This document shows, one piece after another, positions 39,503 to 49,712 of a stretch of 58,344 nt of DNA. Location: positions 1 through 58,344 of the forward strand of contig JABCSY010000011.1 of NCBI GenBank assembly GCA_018238625.1. The letters are read 5' to 3'. Source of the stretch: Promethearchaeota archaeon. Its GTDB lineage: Archaea; Asgardarchaeota; Lokiarchaeia; Sigyniarchaeales; SOKP01. The number at the start of each line of letters is the position of its first letter. The first letter of the stretch is position 1. The notes under the pieces were generated by a model. It saw only the letters and a program-made list of their open reading frames with translations, was not told the DNA's origin and made no database searches. The translations under genes and the position numbers were made by a program.

Positions 39503-40678
39503 TTATTTTTCCAATATGATGGTATTACTTATAGCGAATTGATCTAAAGCATTTTCGTCTAATTTTACACCCCATCCGGGACCTTCAGGGACTTTTGCCA
39601 TTCCATTATTATAGTCTATAGGCTTTAAAATTAGATCATCTTCTAACATTTCTTGTCCAAATAATTCTGTCGCGTAATCAATAAACGGATATTTTGCGGT
39701 TGCAAAGTGAATATGCATAGCTGAGGCAATTCCCAACGGTTGGTTGTGTAATACTACGCCTAAACCACGCATCTTTGCGTAATCTAAGGCTTTCATGGCC
39801 TTAGTTACTCCTCCTGGACGATCAGAGTTGAGCCCTAAAACTCTTACTGCTTTTAATTCGACCAGCGTAATAAAATCTTTTAAAGAAAAGAATCCCTCGT
39901 GAGACATTAAAGGGACATTAACTCTACTTTGAACGTAAGCCATTCCTAAATAGTCGGAAGACTTCACTGGTTCCTCGGCGAAGTCAATCCCGTAAGGTTC
40001 AATAGCTTTAATAGCTCGGACTGCCATTGAAGGACTATAAGCTTGGTTGTAATCTACGCGTAAATTAATTTTATTTCCAAAAATTTTCCTTATTGCTTGT
40101 AAGATCTTTACATCGTCTTCGACGCTTTTTCCGAGCTTTAATCGAAAATTTCTAAACCCTTTTTTGTAATAGGTCCTTACAAGTCCTTTCATTAACATTG
40201 GGTCTCCTAAAGGTATAAGCGCTGCTAAAGGAATCTTGTCTACGAATTTTCCCCCCATGTAATAACACGCAGGTAAATCAGTTATTTGACCCATTAAATC
40301 GTAGCAAGCCATATCGATCATTCCTTTAGCTGCTTCGTTACGTGCCAAGTTTATATCCATCCGATGATTTATCTTTTCGATATTGAACGGATTTTCACCT
40401 ATAATATACTTCGCTAAACAATTCTTTATTGCATCAATAATCTGGTTGGGCGATACACCAGTCTCTGGTAACCAAAGAAAAGCTTCTCCTAATCCTATAT
40501 TTCCAAGTTTACTAATGAGTTTACAAACTACGAAGTCACCCCCAAGCCATGGCTCTTCTGCGGCTATTGCCATGCCTAAATTCCCTTCCCCTTCGCCCAT
40601 TGCCTTTATAACATAATCCTTAAACGGTACATGTAAAGGAGTTAATTCAATGCTAGTTATTTCATCTTTTATGTTCAT
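39503..40678 (-). CDS. Enolase superfamily (MR/MLE-like) protein
   Basis: GLGEA, IDMACYDL.G, RLKLG, RVDYNQ, EEP, VPEGPGWGV.LD. Confidence 0.9.
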   Translation of the reverse strand: MNIKDEITSIELTPLHVPFKDYVIKAMGEGEGNLGMAIAAEEPWLGGDFVVCKLISKLGNIGLGEAFLWLPETGVSPNQIIDAIKNCLAKYIIGENPFNIEKINHRMDINLARNEAAKGMIDMACYDLMGQITDLPACYYMGGKFVDKIPLAALIPLGDPMLMKGLVRTYYKKGFRNFRLKLGKSVEDDVKILQAIRKIFGNKINLRVDYNQAYSPSMAVRAIKAIEPYGIDFAEEPVKSSDYLGMAYVQSRVNVPLMSHEGFFSLKDFITLVELKAVRVLGLNSDRPGGVTKAMKALDYAKMRGLGVVLHNQPLGIASAMHIHFATAKYPFIDYATELFGQEMLEDDLILKPIDYNNGMAKVPEGPGWGVKLDENALDQFAISNTIILEK

Positions 40679-40746
40679 ATTTAATCAAATAGTTTTGTTT
40701 TGATATACTAAAATAAAAAAAAAATTAAATTAATAATTTATTAATT

Positions 40747-42813
40747 TTAGAACGGACCACCTAAGCTCATAAAAACGCATGGGTGGTCAGCAGCGGTTCC
40801 ACCAGTATAAGTGATAAAAGAAACTGACGTATTAAGCTCTCCAGAAACGAAAATGTGGTCTATTCTGCCATTTGGAAGCCTTGGCTCCCAACCTTCGGGT
40901 ACATTGCCAATTGTTTTTCCAATAGCAGGGGCAACTTCCCAACAGTCGTATAATTGTGCCACTGTTATATTATATTGTTCGGTATCAAGTTCAAAGTTAA
41001 AATCTCCCATTAATATTACGTTGCTTAAACCATTAGTCACCGATAATATGTTTTCTTGTTGGACAATTTGAGAACGGTCTTCTGCAGGGTCCTCGTAATT
41101 TCCTAGGTGTGTAACAAATATATTGAATATCGTGCTTCCAACAAAAATTTGAGCCCATACTGTTGCTGTTTGTTCGCCCTCGCTTTCCATATAAAATACT
41201 TGAGGGTTCAAAATCGGATATTTTGAAAGCAACGCAATTCCAAACGTCCCAGTTAACGTTTTTGGTCCAAAATATGAATACAACTTCAATCGATTACTAA
41301 TAAATCTTACAATGTCTGAGTTTCCACTTGAGATTCGGCAAGTATCTGATTCTTGTAATCCTATGATGTCGGCGTCAAGACCTTCGATGACTTGGTATTG
41401 TGCATCGAAGTTTTTGTTTCCAGATTCGTCTGATCCTTGCTGTATGTTATACGATAAAACTTTTAAAGAATCCCCGGATACATCGTGATCTATAGGTAAT
41501 TCTAACACTACCGCTCCAATAATAATCGTTAAACTAAGTATAACAATTATTATCATGGCTTTTTTTTTGATTTTAACAACTGGATTAATTGATTCAAACG
41601 TACTTCTTGAAGTTTTATTTATTAAAAAGAGCGGTAGGAACACAAACACTCCCAATATTAGGAATATTACCCAAATTGCGTCTCTAAATAAGTCTCCGAT
41701 TAAAGGAATGTAATCCCATACGATCGTAAATACCGCAGATAAAATCATAATTAGGAAAAAACCGGACGAGACAAAAAAACTACCACCTAATTTTCTTATA
41801 CTTGGTTTACTTCTAAACAATTCATTCGATAATAATATAAAATCAAGTAAAATTATTGGGCTTAGAAATAGCATTATCATTAGCATTGCTTCGTTTAACA
41901 TATTTGCGCCAAGAGGATAGAACGGATAAGATGGAACAGAAGTAAAGAAAACAGTATTGCCTAATATGGTTAAAATAAGAGTCATAATAAAAGAAATATT
42001 CCAAATATAAACTATGTAGGATTTCAATTTCCCTATTATAGCTGGATTAGAGATTACAAGAATTATAAACGCAGAATTAACCAAAACGAGAAGGGTTAGA
42101 ATTAAAATGTAATTCCCTTCCGTCCACCTTGCTATAACTGTTGGGCTACTAAATACGAAATATATCAGAGTTATTACGCTTATCATCCCTAGAGTTAATC
42201 CAATAATTTTCCATTTGCTTGCTGACTTATAGTTACTTTTAGTTGAATCGTTCGAAGATGTTGAGCTTTGCTCTGAATTTGGTAAATGCATTATCGTCAA
42301 TCCCGCAAATATAGCCAATATCCACCCAATCCACATGAACCAACTGTATGTAGATAGATCAATAGAAGATCCCAGCGTACGCAATAGTATAGATAATAAT
42401 AATCCTAAACCTAATCCCGCTCCTAATAGAATTCCGTTGCTTTCGTGGTCTCCTTTTGTTTTTTTATGAAGATAAACTGGAAAATACATCATAAAACAAC
42501 CCAATCCCAATCCAGTGACAAGCATCTTTAATTGAATATCTAAAAAAGGTTGTAAAACTCTACAAATAACAAAAAACTCACCGATTGCGATAAAGACTTT
42601 GTTAGGAAAACCTCTTTTAAAGAATAAAAGCAAAATTGGAGTCAAAAGAAATAACAAAGCTAAGACATTCTCGTTCAATTCCACTTCAATAAGATTCAAC
42701 GCGTAAATCGATTCTAAAAATTCTGTCATGAGTTGGAAGAAGAATAGAAACATTATACTGAGAAACGCTAATTCTGAATAGAATTTATTGATAAATTTGT
42801 TATAGATTTCCAT
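40747..42813 (-). CDS. Polytopic membrane protein with C-terminal EEP (DNase I-like) domain, CWH43/PGAP2IP-like
   Basis: About 12-13 TMs; SYNIQQG, GLQESD, FGIALLSKYPI, VTHLGNYED..EDR, GDFN, RIDHIF, ADH. Confidence 0.8.
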   Translation of the reverse strand: MEIYNKFINKFYSELAFLSIMFLFFFQLMTEFLESIYALNLIEVELNENVLALLFLLTPILLLFFKRGFPNKVFIAIGEFFVICRVLQPFLDIQLKMLVTGLGLGCFMMYFPVYLHKKTKGDHESNGILLGAGLGLGLLLSILLRTLGSSIDLSTYSWFMWIGWILAIFAGLTIMHLPNSEQSSTSSNDSTKSNYKSASKWKIIGLTLGMISVITLIYFVFSSPTVIARWTEGNYILILTLLVLVNSAFIILVISNPAIIGKLKSYIVYIWNISFIMTLILTILGNTVFFTSVPSYPFYPLGANMLNEAMLMIMLFLSPIILLDFILLSNELFRSKPSIRKLGGSFFVSSGFFLIMILSAVFTIVWDYIPLIGDLFRDAIWVIFLILGVFVFLPLFLINKTSRSTFESINPVVKIKKKAMIIIVILSLTIIIGAVVLELPIDHDVSGDSLKVLSYNIQQGSDESGNKNFDAQYQVIEGLDADIIGLQESDTCRISSGNSDIVRFISNRLKLYSYFGPKTLTGTFGIALLSKYPILNPQVFYMESEGEQTATVWAQIFVGSTIFNIFVTHLGNYEDPAEDRSQIVQQENILSVTNGLSNVILMGDFNFELDTEQYNITVAQLYDCWEVAPAIGKTIGNVPEGWEPRLPNGRIDHIFVSGELNTSVSFITYTGGTAADHPCVFMSLGGPF

Positions 42814-42869
42814 ATTAAAATATTAAAATTTAATATTTTATAAACTTTTAAATTAATTTAAAAATTAAA

Positions 42870-43724
42870 GTGAAAATTATGGGTAAAATAATTAAAAAAG
42901 TCGCGATAATTGGAGCGGGCTTTACTGGAAAGCAAATCGCAGCAATAGCTGCTTTAAATGATTTCAATGTGTATCTTTTCGATATAAATTTTGATACTCT
43001 AGCGGAAGCGAAAAAATACATATCTGGATTTTTAAAAAGAAAGAAGAAAAATGACGCTATTAAGAACGTCTTCTATTATAGTGATATGTCTGAAGCAGTT
43101 TACGATGTAGATTTAGTAATCGAAGCAGTTCCAGAAAATCTCGAATTAAAAAGAAAGGTGTTTTCCCAAATTGATAGTCTAGCCCCGGTAAAGACTATTA
43201 TTGCTACTAATAGTTCTTCTTATCCCGTATCGAGAATTGAATCTGCGGTCAAGAGGAGAGATAAAGTTCTAAATATACATTTTTATCCTCCGATTCCTAC
43301 GCGACCAATGGCAGATATAATGCGCGGAACTGAGACTAGTGATGAGACTTTTGAGATTGGAAAAGAATGGATAATTAATATTGGTTGCGAACCTCTCATA
43401 GTCAAAAAAGAATGTTTTGGCTTTGTCTTCAACAGAATATGGCATGCCGTAAAAAAAGAATGTATTAAAATGTGGGCGGGAGGATACGCAGATATAGAAG
43501 TTATCGATACAGCTTGGAAAATTTTTACTAAAATGAAATTGGGACCATTTACAATGATGGATGGTATCGGTTTAGATACGGCATATGCCGTAGAAATGTC
43601 GTATTACGAAGAGAGTGGAGACCTAAAAGACAAACCGCCAGAAGCCTTTAAGGAGATGGTTGAGCGAGGGGATCTAGGCTTAAAAACTGGAAAGGGTTTT
43701 TATACTTGGAAAAAAAAGAAATGA
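42870..43724 (+). CDS. 3-hydroxyacyl-CoA dehydrogenase
   Basis: GAGFTG, VIEAVPENLELK, ATNSSS, GFVFNR, GPF..MD.IGLD, G.LG.KTGKGFY. Confidence 0.93.
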   Translation: MKIMGKIIKKVAIIGAGFTGKQIAAIAALNDFNVYLFDINFDTLAEAKKYISGFLKRKKKNDAIKNVFYYSDMSEAVYDVDLVIEAVPENLELKRKVFSQIDSLAPVKTIIATNSSSYPVSRIESAVKRRDKVLNIHFYPPIPTRPMADIMRGTETSDETFEIGKEWIINIGCEPLIVKKECFGFVFNRIWHAVKKECIKMWAGGYADIEVIDTAWKIFTKMKLGPFTMMDGIGLDTAYAVEMSYYEESGDLKDKPPEAFKEMVERGDLGLKTGKGFYTWKKKK

Positions 43725-43776
43725 CATGTTTTCTTTTTCAACACAAAAAATCTGAGTAAATTTACAAAGCTTGGAA

Positions 43777-44169
43777 TTATTGATTAGCTTCAAAATAACC
43801 TAAACAAATTGCAATAATGCCCAATATGATAGATACTGCAACACCTATTCCTAAAAATTCCTGGAAAGAGCTCATGAAAGTTGAGGGAGCTAACGCAGTT
43901 ATAATAAAAGTATATATCAAAAACCAAAATAGAGTCATTGGAATTGTAGAATATACAAAAATAAGCCCTCTTTTTACTTCACATTCCAATAGACAAATAA
44001 TTCCTGGAATTAAAAAACACGTTGACCAAATAAGAAGACTTATCACAAAAAGAGCCATTGCTGCTTCTTCTGAGCTAATAAGCTCTTTAAATGCTATGTT
44101 TATTACAATTGACATCAACGTGAAAAAAATAAAAGCTATTATTCCTGCGATACCCTTTCCTTTACTCAT
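43777..44169 (-). CDS. Four-TM membrane protein
   Basis: Four hydrophobic helices; aggtg upstream. Confidence 0.7.
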   Translation of the reverse strand: MSKGKGIAGIIAFIFFTLMSIVINIAFKELISSEEAAMALFVISLLIWSTCFLIPGIICLLECEVKRGLIFVYSTIPMTLFWFLIYTFIITALAPSTFMSSFQEFLGIGVAVSIILGIIAICLGYFEANQ

Positions 44170-44324
44170 TTTATTACACCTTCAATATTTAATTGAATTT
44201 GATATCTTAAAAATATTTTGGAGAACTATAAAATAGAAGGCAATGGTAGTAGTCATTAAACGAAAAAAGTGTGTTCTAGAGCAGAGATTTTATGTGCTTT
44301 TTTCTTTTTATTATTTAAATTATT

Positions 44325-45260
44325 TTATACACCTAAGATTAATATTAAGACCCAAATAAGACCAAAACTAATGATAATTGACAAGTTTACAATCATCGTC
44401 ACTAATTTTTGATCGTAATCGTATTCTACAGAGAACGGTATAACCGCAAGACCCACAGGTAAAAGCAAAGAAAGGCAAATTATAATCCTAAAAAGGGGGT
44501 CAAATAAATTTGTCGGTAGAAAAAAGAACAACATTAATCCTACAAATAATCCTAAAGCATATCTTAGAACAAGAACTTTAAAAATTGATATCCATTCGGC
44601 CTTTCCGAATTTAAAATTAAGAAAAATTCCTAATAATAACAACGCTAAAGCTGTATTTGCTCTTGCAAAAACATCTATTAACTCAGAGAAAATAATTGGG
44701 ATTGCAAATCCCGAAAAATTTATCGTAAGAGCGATGACATAGCTCATTAAGGGAGCAGACTTTATTAAACGCTTTAATATGAATTTAAGATCGATTTTAA
44801 CGCCTTCATCGTGATTTTTTGGAGAATAGATCGACGCTAAAATATAACACAGTACGAAAATCGTAAAAGCATTACCTGCGTCAACAAGAGCAATATATCG
44901 CATTCCAGCGGCCCCCCAAATACCTTCTACTAACGGAAAAAAGAAATGGGCGATGTTAAAGCCTACCATAGTCATAATCATCGCTCCCTTTAAACGATTT
45001 GGGCGCCTTCTAAAGCTTAATATTCCAATTACGGCCATTCCAAGGCCAAAAGCTAAATTAACTAAAGGTAGTAATATTAATGACAATTCAAATTGGATTG
45101 TACTGGTAAATTTAAGAATTACTGCTGGCAAAGTAACGTTGAAGATGATTTTTGCAACAACATCCCCATTTTCTTCTTTTATAATTCCTAACCTTTTTAT
45201 TAAATAACCAATAGCAACTATAAAGATTGATATCAAAAAAACGACATTTACGTCAGTCAT
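44325..45260 (-). CDS. AEC family transporter
   Basis: IGYLIKR, IFNVTLPA, GFN...F.FP...IWG..G, LALLLLG. Confidence 0.9.
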   Translation of the reverse strand: MTDVNVVFLISIFIVAIGYLIKRLGIIKEENGDVVAKIIFNVTLPAVILKFTSTIQFELSLILLPLVNLAFGLGMAVIGILSFRRRPNRLKGAMIMTMVGFNIAHFFFPLVEGIWGAAGMRYIALVDAGNAFTIFVLCYILASIYSPKNHDEGVKIDLKFILKRLIKSAPLMSYVIALTINFSGFAIPIIFSELIDVFARANTALALLLLGIFLNFKFGKAEWISIFKVLVLRYALGLFVGLMLFFFLPTNLFDPLFRIIICLSLLLPVGLAVIPFSVEYDYDQKLVTMIVNLSIIISFGLIWVLILILGV

Positions 45261-45372
45261 ACCAGCGGTAATTAATGTTTTTTTAGTAGATTATTAAAAT
45301 ATTTAAAATAATTAAATAATTATTTAATCCTAGAAATTGAAATAATAAATAATTCATTAAAAGTGAAGAAAA

Positions 45373-46287
45373 TTGAAACCTAATCTACTTTCAGATAAAA
45401 AAGTTATAATTACAGCAGCTATTACTGGTGGAATTCATGGTAAATGGGCAAATCCAGCTCTACCATTAACAGCCAAAGAACAAGCGCAAGCCGCGCTAGA
45501 ATGTTATGAAGCGGGGGCCTCAATTGTTCATATTCACGTTCGTGGCGATGATGGTCAAAATACTCCAGACTTGAAATATTACGGTAAAACAGTAGGGCAA
45601 ATTGGGGAAAAGTGTCCCATATTAAGACAAATCGGAAATGGAATCGGCGCTAAAGTTGTAGAACATGCATTTACCACCAAATCTGGTAAAAAAAGAGTTA
45701 CGACCGAGATTGTCCAACCCTCTTTAGAAGAACGATTAAACCTAATAAACATAGAACCCGAACCTGAAATGCATACTATTAATGCTGGTTCTTTCGAATT
45801 TAGAACTCCCTATGGTGGCTCGCTATTCCTGAATCCACAAGATTTCAATCGTAAATATATTAAAAGGTGCAACAAAAAAGGGTTTGGCATAGAAATCGAG
45901 GTGTATGATTCCAGTCACATTACTAACGTTTTAGAATTTGTTGAGACCGGGTTATTAACGCCCCCTCTACACTTTAGCTTAGTATTAGGAATTAAAGGAG
46001 GTGCAGAGGCTAATCCCGCTAATCTTTTACGCATGGTCGATCAAATACCAGAAGGATCTACATGGCAAGTAGTTACTGTTGGTAAATTTAATCTCCGTAC
46101 GACTGTAATGGCTATGTGTATGGGAGGTAACGTAAGAACTGGATTAGAAGATACTATTTATTACGGAAAAGGAGAACTGGCTCAAGGTAATGCTCAACTA
46201 GTAAAAAGAATGGTTAGAATTGCTAAAGAAATCGGAAGAGAAGTCGCGACAGTTGAAGAAACTAAAGAAATATTGGGAATAAAATAA
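45373..46287 (+). CDS. kce: 3-keto-5-aminohexanoate cleavage (BKACE) enzyme
   Basis: IITAAITG, P.LPLT..E, EAGASIVHIHVR, EIEVYD, GGNVRTGLED. Confidence 0.9.
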   Translation: MKPNLLSDKKVIITAAITGGIHGKWANPALPLTAKEQAQAALECYEAGASIVHIHVRGDDGQNTPDLKYYGKTVGQIGEKCPILRQIGNGIGAKVVEHAFTTKSGKKRVTTEIVQPSLEERLNLINIEPEPEMHTINAGSFEFRTPYGGSLFLNPQDFNRKYIKRCNKKGFGIEIEVYDSSHITNVLEFVETGLLTPPLHFSLVLGIKGGAEANPANLLRMVDQIPEGSTWQVVTVGKFNLRTTVMAMCMGGNVRTGLEDTIYYGKGELAQGNAQLVKRMVRIAKEIGREVATVEETKEILGIK

Positions 46288-46386
46288 AAATCGTTGGATT
46301 TATTCAACGTGATTTATTTTTTTGACATTATCGTAATCTCATACTAACATTTATTAATTGAGGTTAGATCACAATATATAGCACTA

Positions 46387-46830
46387 TTGAGAGTAAATTT
46401 GATGAATAGAAAAAAGATTTCTTGGTTTGGATTTAACTTAACACAGAAACAATCTGTACATATATTTATATTGTCAATTGCAGGACTTATCATTTCAGTA
46501 TTTTTGTTAATGACGTTGGTGTTCCCGATAATAATGATCAATATATATTATGATAACTATTATCCAGATGACTCCTATATTATCATGACGATTATTAGCA
46601 TGCTTCCTTTTATGTTTTTATCAGGTGTGGTATTTTTATTAAGTCTTTATTCCTTGATTCAATGCAGAAAAATAGCTAAATACTACTCTCCTTTAGTTGA
46701 TCCTGTGTTAGAACCGAAAACAAAATCCCAGTATAATGAAGTTACACCGGACCCTATTGCCAAATTTTGCCCTAATTGTGGAAAAATAAAGAAAAGTCAT
46801 GAAAAATTTTGTACTAATTGTGGGCAATAA
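46387..46830 (+). CDS. Two-TM protein with C-terminal double zinc ribbon
   Basis: Two TMs; KFCPNCG...KFCTNCG. Confidence 0.75.
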   Translation: MRVNLMNRKKISWFGFNLTQKQSVHIFILSIAGLIISVFLLMTLVFPIIMINIYYDNYYPDDSYIIMTIISMLPFMFLSGVVFLLSLYSLIQCRKIAKYYSPLVDPVLEPKTKSQYNEVTPDPIAKFCPNCGKIKKSHEKFCTNCGQ

Positions 46831-46923
46831 TTATAATTTCAACGGATAAACTCCGTATTTCTTAGTGGCTTCAATCATCCATTTGCTATTTTGATAAGTC
46901 ATGTCTGGATGGGAATTAGAGGG
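46831..46923 (-). pseudogene. Diverged duplicate of the last 30 codons of the URO-D family gene
   Basis: PSNSHPDMTYQNSKWMIEATKKYGVYPLKL* versus PSNSHPDMTYQNIKWMIEATKKHGVYPLKI* (48480 ORF). Confidence 0.88.
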
Positions 46924-47036
46924 TTACTAATTTTTAAGTTTAGAAATTGTAATAGATATATGATTTCATCTCAAATTTAAAAATTATTATAATCTAAATA
47001 ATAAAATCTTATATAATAGATGCCATAAAGAGATTC

Positions 47037-48401
47037 ATGGAAAAGATTTCAAAAGAAGAATTAATTAGAAAATCTAAAGTTCCTGAATTGAATGCTTTAA
47101 AAATGCACTCTTTTTATAAAGGTAAAATGCAAGTAATGCCACGTTGTCAAATTCGTAACCATGAAGATTTTGGAATTTGGTATTCTCCCGGAGTTGCTGC
47201 ACCTAGTAACGAAATTCATGCTAATATTGAGAAAGTATACGACTATACAAGTAAATGGAACTATGTAGCTGTTGTATCGGATGGATCTAGAGTTTTGGGT
47301 TTGGGAAATATTGGTGCTGAAGCAGCTCTACCCGTCATGGAAGGTAAATCGTTGCTATTTAAATTTTTAGGCGGAGTAGATGCATTTCCAATGTGTATTG
47401 GTCCTGACTTATCAGCTGATGATATAATTAATTTTGTTAAAACAATACAACCTACATTTGGAGGAATTAATTTAGAAGATATAAGTAGTCCAAAATGCTT
47501 TAAAGTTTTAGAAACACTTCGTTCAGACCCAGACATAAGAATTCCAGTATGGCACGACGATCAGCAAGGAACGGCTACAGTAACGCTAGCTGGTTTAATA
47601 AATGCATTGAAAATCGTAGGTAAAAAAAAAAGCGATATAAAGATTGTATTTAATGGAATTGGTGCAGCAAATTTTGCAATTTCTCGACTTCTAAAAAAAG
47701 ACGGGTTTAATTTGAAAAAAGCTCTTTTCGTCGACTCTAAAGGGATATTGTATAAAGCTCGTCCTGATTTACAAAATTCTGAAAGTTATAAATCTAATAT
47801 TGCCAATTCTAGTAATCCGGAGGAAATTCAAGGAGATTGTGGCGTTGCTATGGATGGTGCTGATATTCTTTTATCATTAAGTGCTCCAGGTCCAAATATT
47901 ATTAAAAAAAAATGGGTTTCTAAAATGGCAGATGATGCTATAGTATTTGCTTGCGCTAATCCTGTTCCAGAAATATTTCCATGGGATGCAAAAGAAGCAG
48001 GAGCTAGAATTGTAGCAACTGGCCGCTCAGACTTTCCAAATCAAGTTAACAATTCTTTAGGATTTCCAGGAATATTTAGAGGGACTTTGGATGTGCGAGC
48101 AAAAACAATTACAGACGAAATGTGTATTGCTGCATCTTATGCATTAGCTAATTTAGTTTACGAAATTAAAGGATGCTTCCTTGAAGATTGTCTATTACCA
48201 ACTATGGAATTTGGAGAAATGTACATTAAAGAAGCCGTTGCTGTTGGATTAAAAGCGATTGAACAAGGAATCGCTAAAATTAAGCTTTCTGAAGAAGAGT
48301 TATATAACGAATCTAAAAAAATAATTGATAATGCTCATTCTCAAGTTAATATATTAATGGAAAATGGCCTTATTCCTCCATACAACGATTATATAAAATA
48401 A
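47037..48401 (+). CDS. NAD(P)-dependent malic enzyme
   Basis: YSPGVA, DGSRVLGLGNIG, PVMEGK, INLEDI, HDDQQGT, ATGRSDFPNQVNN. Confidence 0.95.
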   Translation: MEKISKEELIRKSKVPELNALKMHSFYKGKMQVMPRCQIRNHEDFGIWYSPGVAAPSNEIHANIEKVYDYTSKWNYVAVVSDGSRVLGLGNIGAEAALPVMEGKSLLFKFLGGVDAFPMCIGPDLSADDIINFVKTIQPTFGGINLEDISSPKCFKVLETLRSDPDIRIPVWHDDQQGTATVTLAGLINALKIVGKKKSDIKIVFNGIGAANFAISRLLKKDGFNLKKALFVDSKGILYKARPDLQNSESYKSNIANSSNPEEIQGDCGVAMDGADILLSLSAPGPNIIKKKWVSKMADDAIVFACANPVPEIFPWDAKEAGARIVATGRSDFPNQVNNSLGFPGIFRGTLDVRAKTITDEMCIAASYALANLVYEIKGCFLEDCLLPTMEFGEMYIKEAVAVGLKAIEQGIAKIKLSEEELYNESKKIIDNAHSQVNILMENGLIPPYNDYIK

Positions 48402-48479
48402 TCCTTTTTTAAATATATTAAAGCTTCTAATAAATGGAATTCTTACAAATCTTTTTTTTATTAGAAAAATTTTTTGTCT

Positions 48480-49637
48480 TTAAATTTTCAACGGATAAAC
48501 GCCGTGTTTCTTTGTGGCTTCAATCATCCATTTAATATTTTGATAAGTCATATCAGGATGGGAATTAGAAGGAGATAACATATAACCTCCTCCATGGCCA
48601 AGCTTTCTAATTGCGTATTTCACAGCATCTTCAACTTCTTTCTGAGTCCCTTTTACTAGAACATGAGACGTGTCAATATTGCCAAGAAGGCATAATTTAT
48701 CACCAACCTTCTTTTTTACTAAATCTAAATCTACATAGGGTGGTTCGAGACAATGTAAACCATCAAAACCGGCTTCAAGCACGAAATCAAGCAGCGAAGT
48801 GATGTCACCGTCGGAATGGAAAATGATTTTACCTCCCCATTCGTGTACCGCTTCTGTGACGCGTTTCATACAAGGTAAAACGTATTTATCGATGTATTTG
48901 GGATTAATTAGTGGACCGCTTTTGAAAGCAATATCTCCTCCTTCGAAGAAAACTTTTGCTCCTAAGTCCGCGTAAACCTTAAAAACGCCTAGTACAAATT
49001 CTGTAGTTTGCTCAAACCTTTCTTGAATTAGTTTTGGATCTTTACGCAAAGCTCTCGAAAAGGCGCCCATCCCCATCCCCTGCCATACAGGTGGGAACAC
49101 GCTAGCGAAATCGTCTTGAGCCATCATGCAGAAATCAGGGTTCGCAAACTTCTTTTTATGTCTTTGAATTGTTTTGTAAAACTTTTTGGCTCGCCTAAGG
49201 TGTTCGTTTAAGTCCGGCTTAGGAAAGTTATCCCAATCTTCTTGATTTTTAATCTGACCGTCAACATAATAAGGAAAGATATTGCCGTCGAGGTTAATAA
49301 TTTTATAATTTCGACCAAATATATCGCTCATTTCTTTTTTACTTTCAAACTTAAATGGAATATATCCTACTCCACATGTATCGTAACCAATCGCAGCCCC
49401 AGTTTCTATCGCCCGTGAAAATACGTTTATTTCGATTTCAGTCATGATGCTATTGACTCGATCGACCCAGTCGTCAGGATATTGTTGTTCAAGTTCATCG
49501 AAAACATCAAACGCGCTTCTAGGTGGTTTTCCCAATACTTCATCGCATATGACTCCATCAACTGCTACAGCGTGGATTGGTACGCGGTCTACAGGATCGT
49601 GATTTAACGCTGCCCATACTCTTTCTTTACTATTCAT
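48480..49637 (-). CDS. Uroporphyrinogen decarboxylase / MtaA-like family protein
   Basis: MNSKERV.AALNH.PVDRVP, DIAFKSGPLI.P, FHSDG, LCLLGNID, GGGYMLSPS. Confidence 0.9.
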   Translation of the reverse strand: MNSKERVWAALNHDPVDRVPIHAVAVDGVICDEVLGKPPRSAFDVFDELEQQYPDDWVDRVNSIMTEIEINVFSRAIETGAAIGYDTCGVGYIPFKFESKKEMSDIFGRNYKIINLDGNIFPYYVDGQIKNQEDWDNFPKPDLNEHLRRAKKFYKTIQRHKKKFANPDFCMMAQDDFASVFPPVWQGMGMGAFSRALRKDPKLIQERFEQTTEFVLGVFKVYADLGAKVFFEGGDIAFKSGPLINPKYIDKYVLPCMKRVTEAVHEWGGKIIFHSDGDITSLLDFVLEAGFDGLHCLEPPYVDLDLVKKKVGDKLCLLGNIDTSHVLVKGTQKEVEDAVKYAIRKLGHGGGYMLSPSNSHPDMTYQNIKWMIEATKKHGVYPLKI

Positions 49638-49712
49638 TATTTAGATTGTTCGAAGTTAGTTTTAAAATTAAATTAAATATGAAAAAATAAAAAAAAATAA
49701 AAAAATTTTACT

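Noticed and set aside
43817-44236. 139-aa antisense ORF and the other short shadow ORFs in the track
   Set aside because: They lie antisense or out-of-frame within well-supported genes, as expected opposite hydrophobic or Lys-rich codons.
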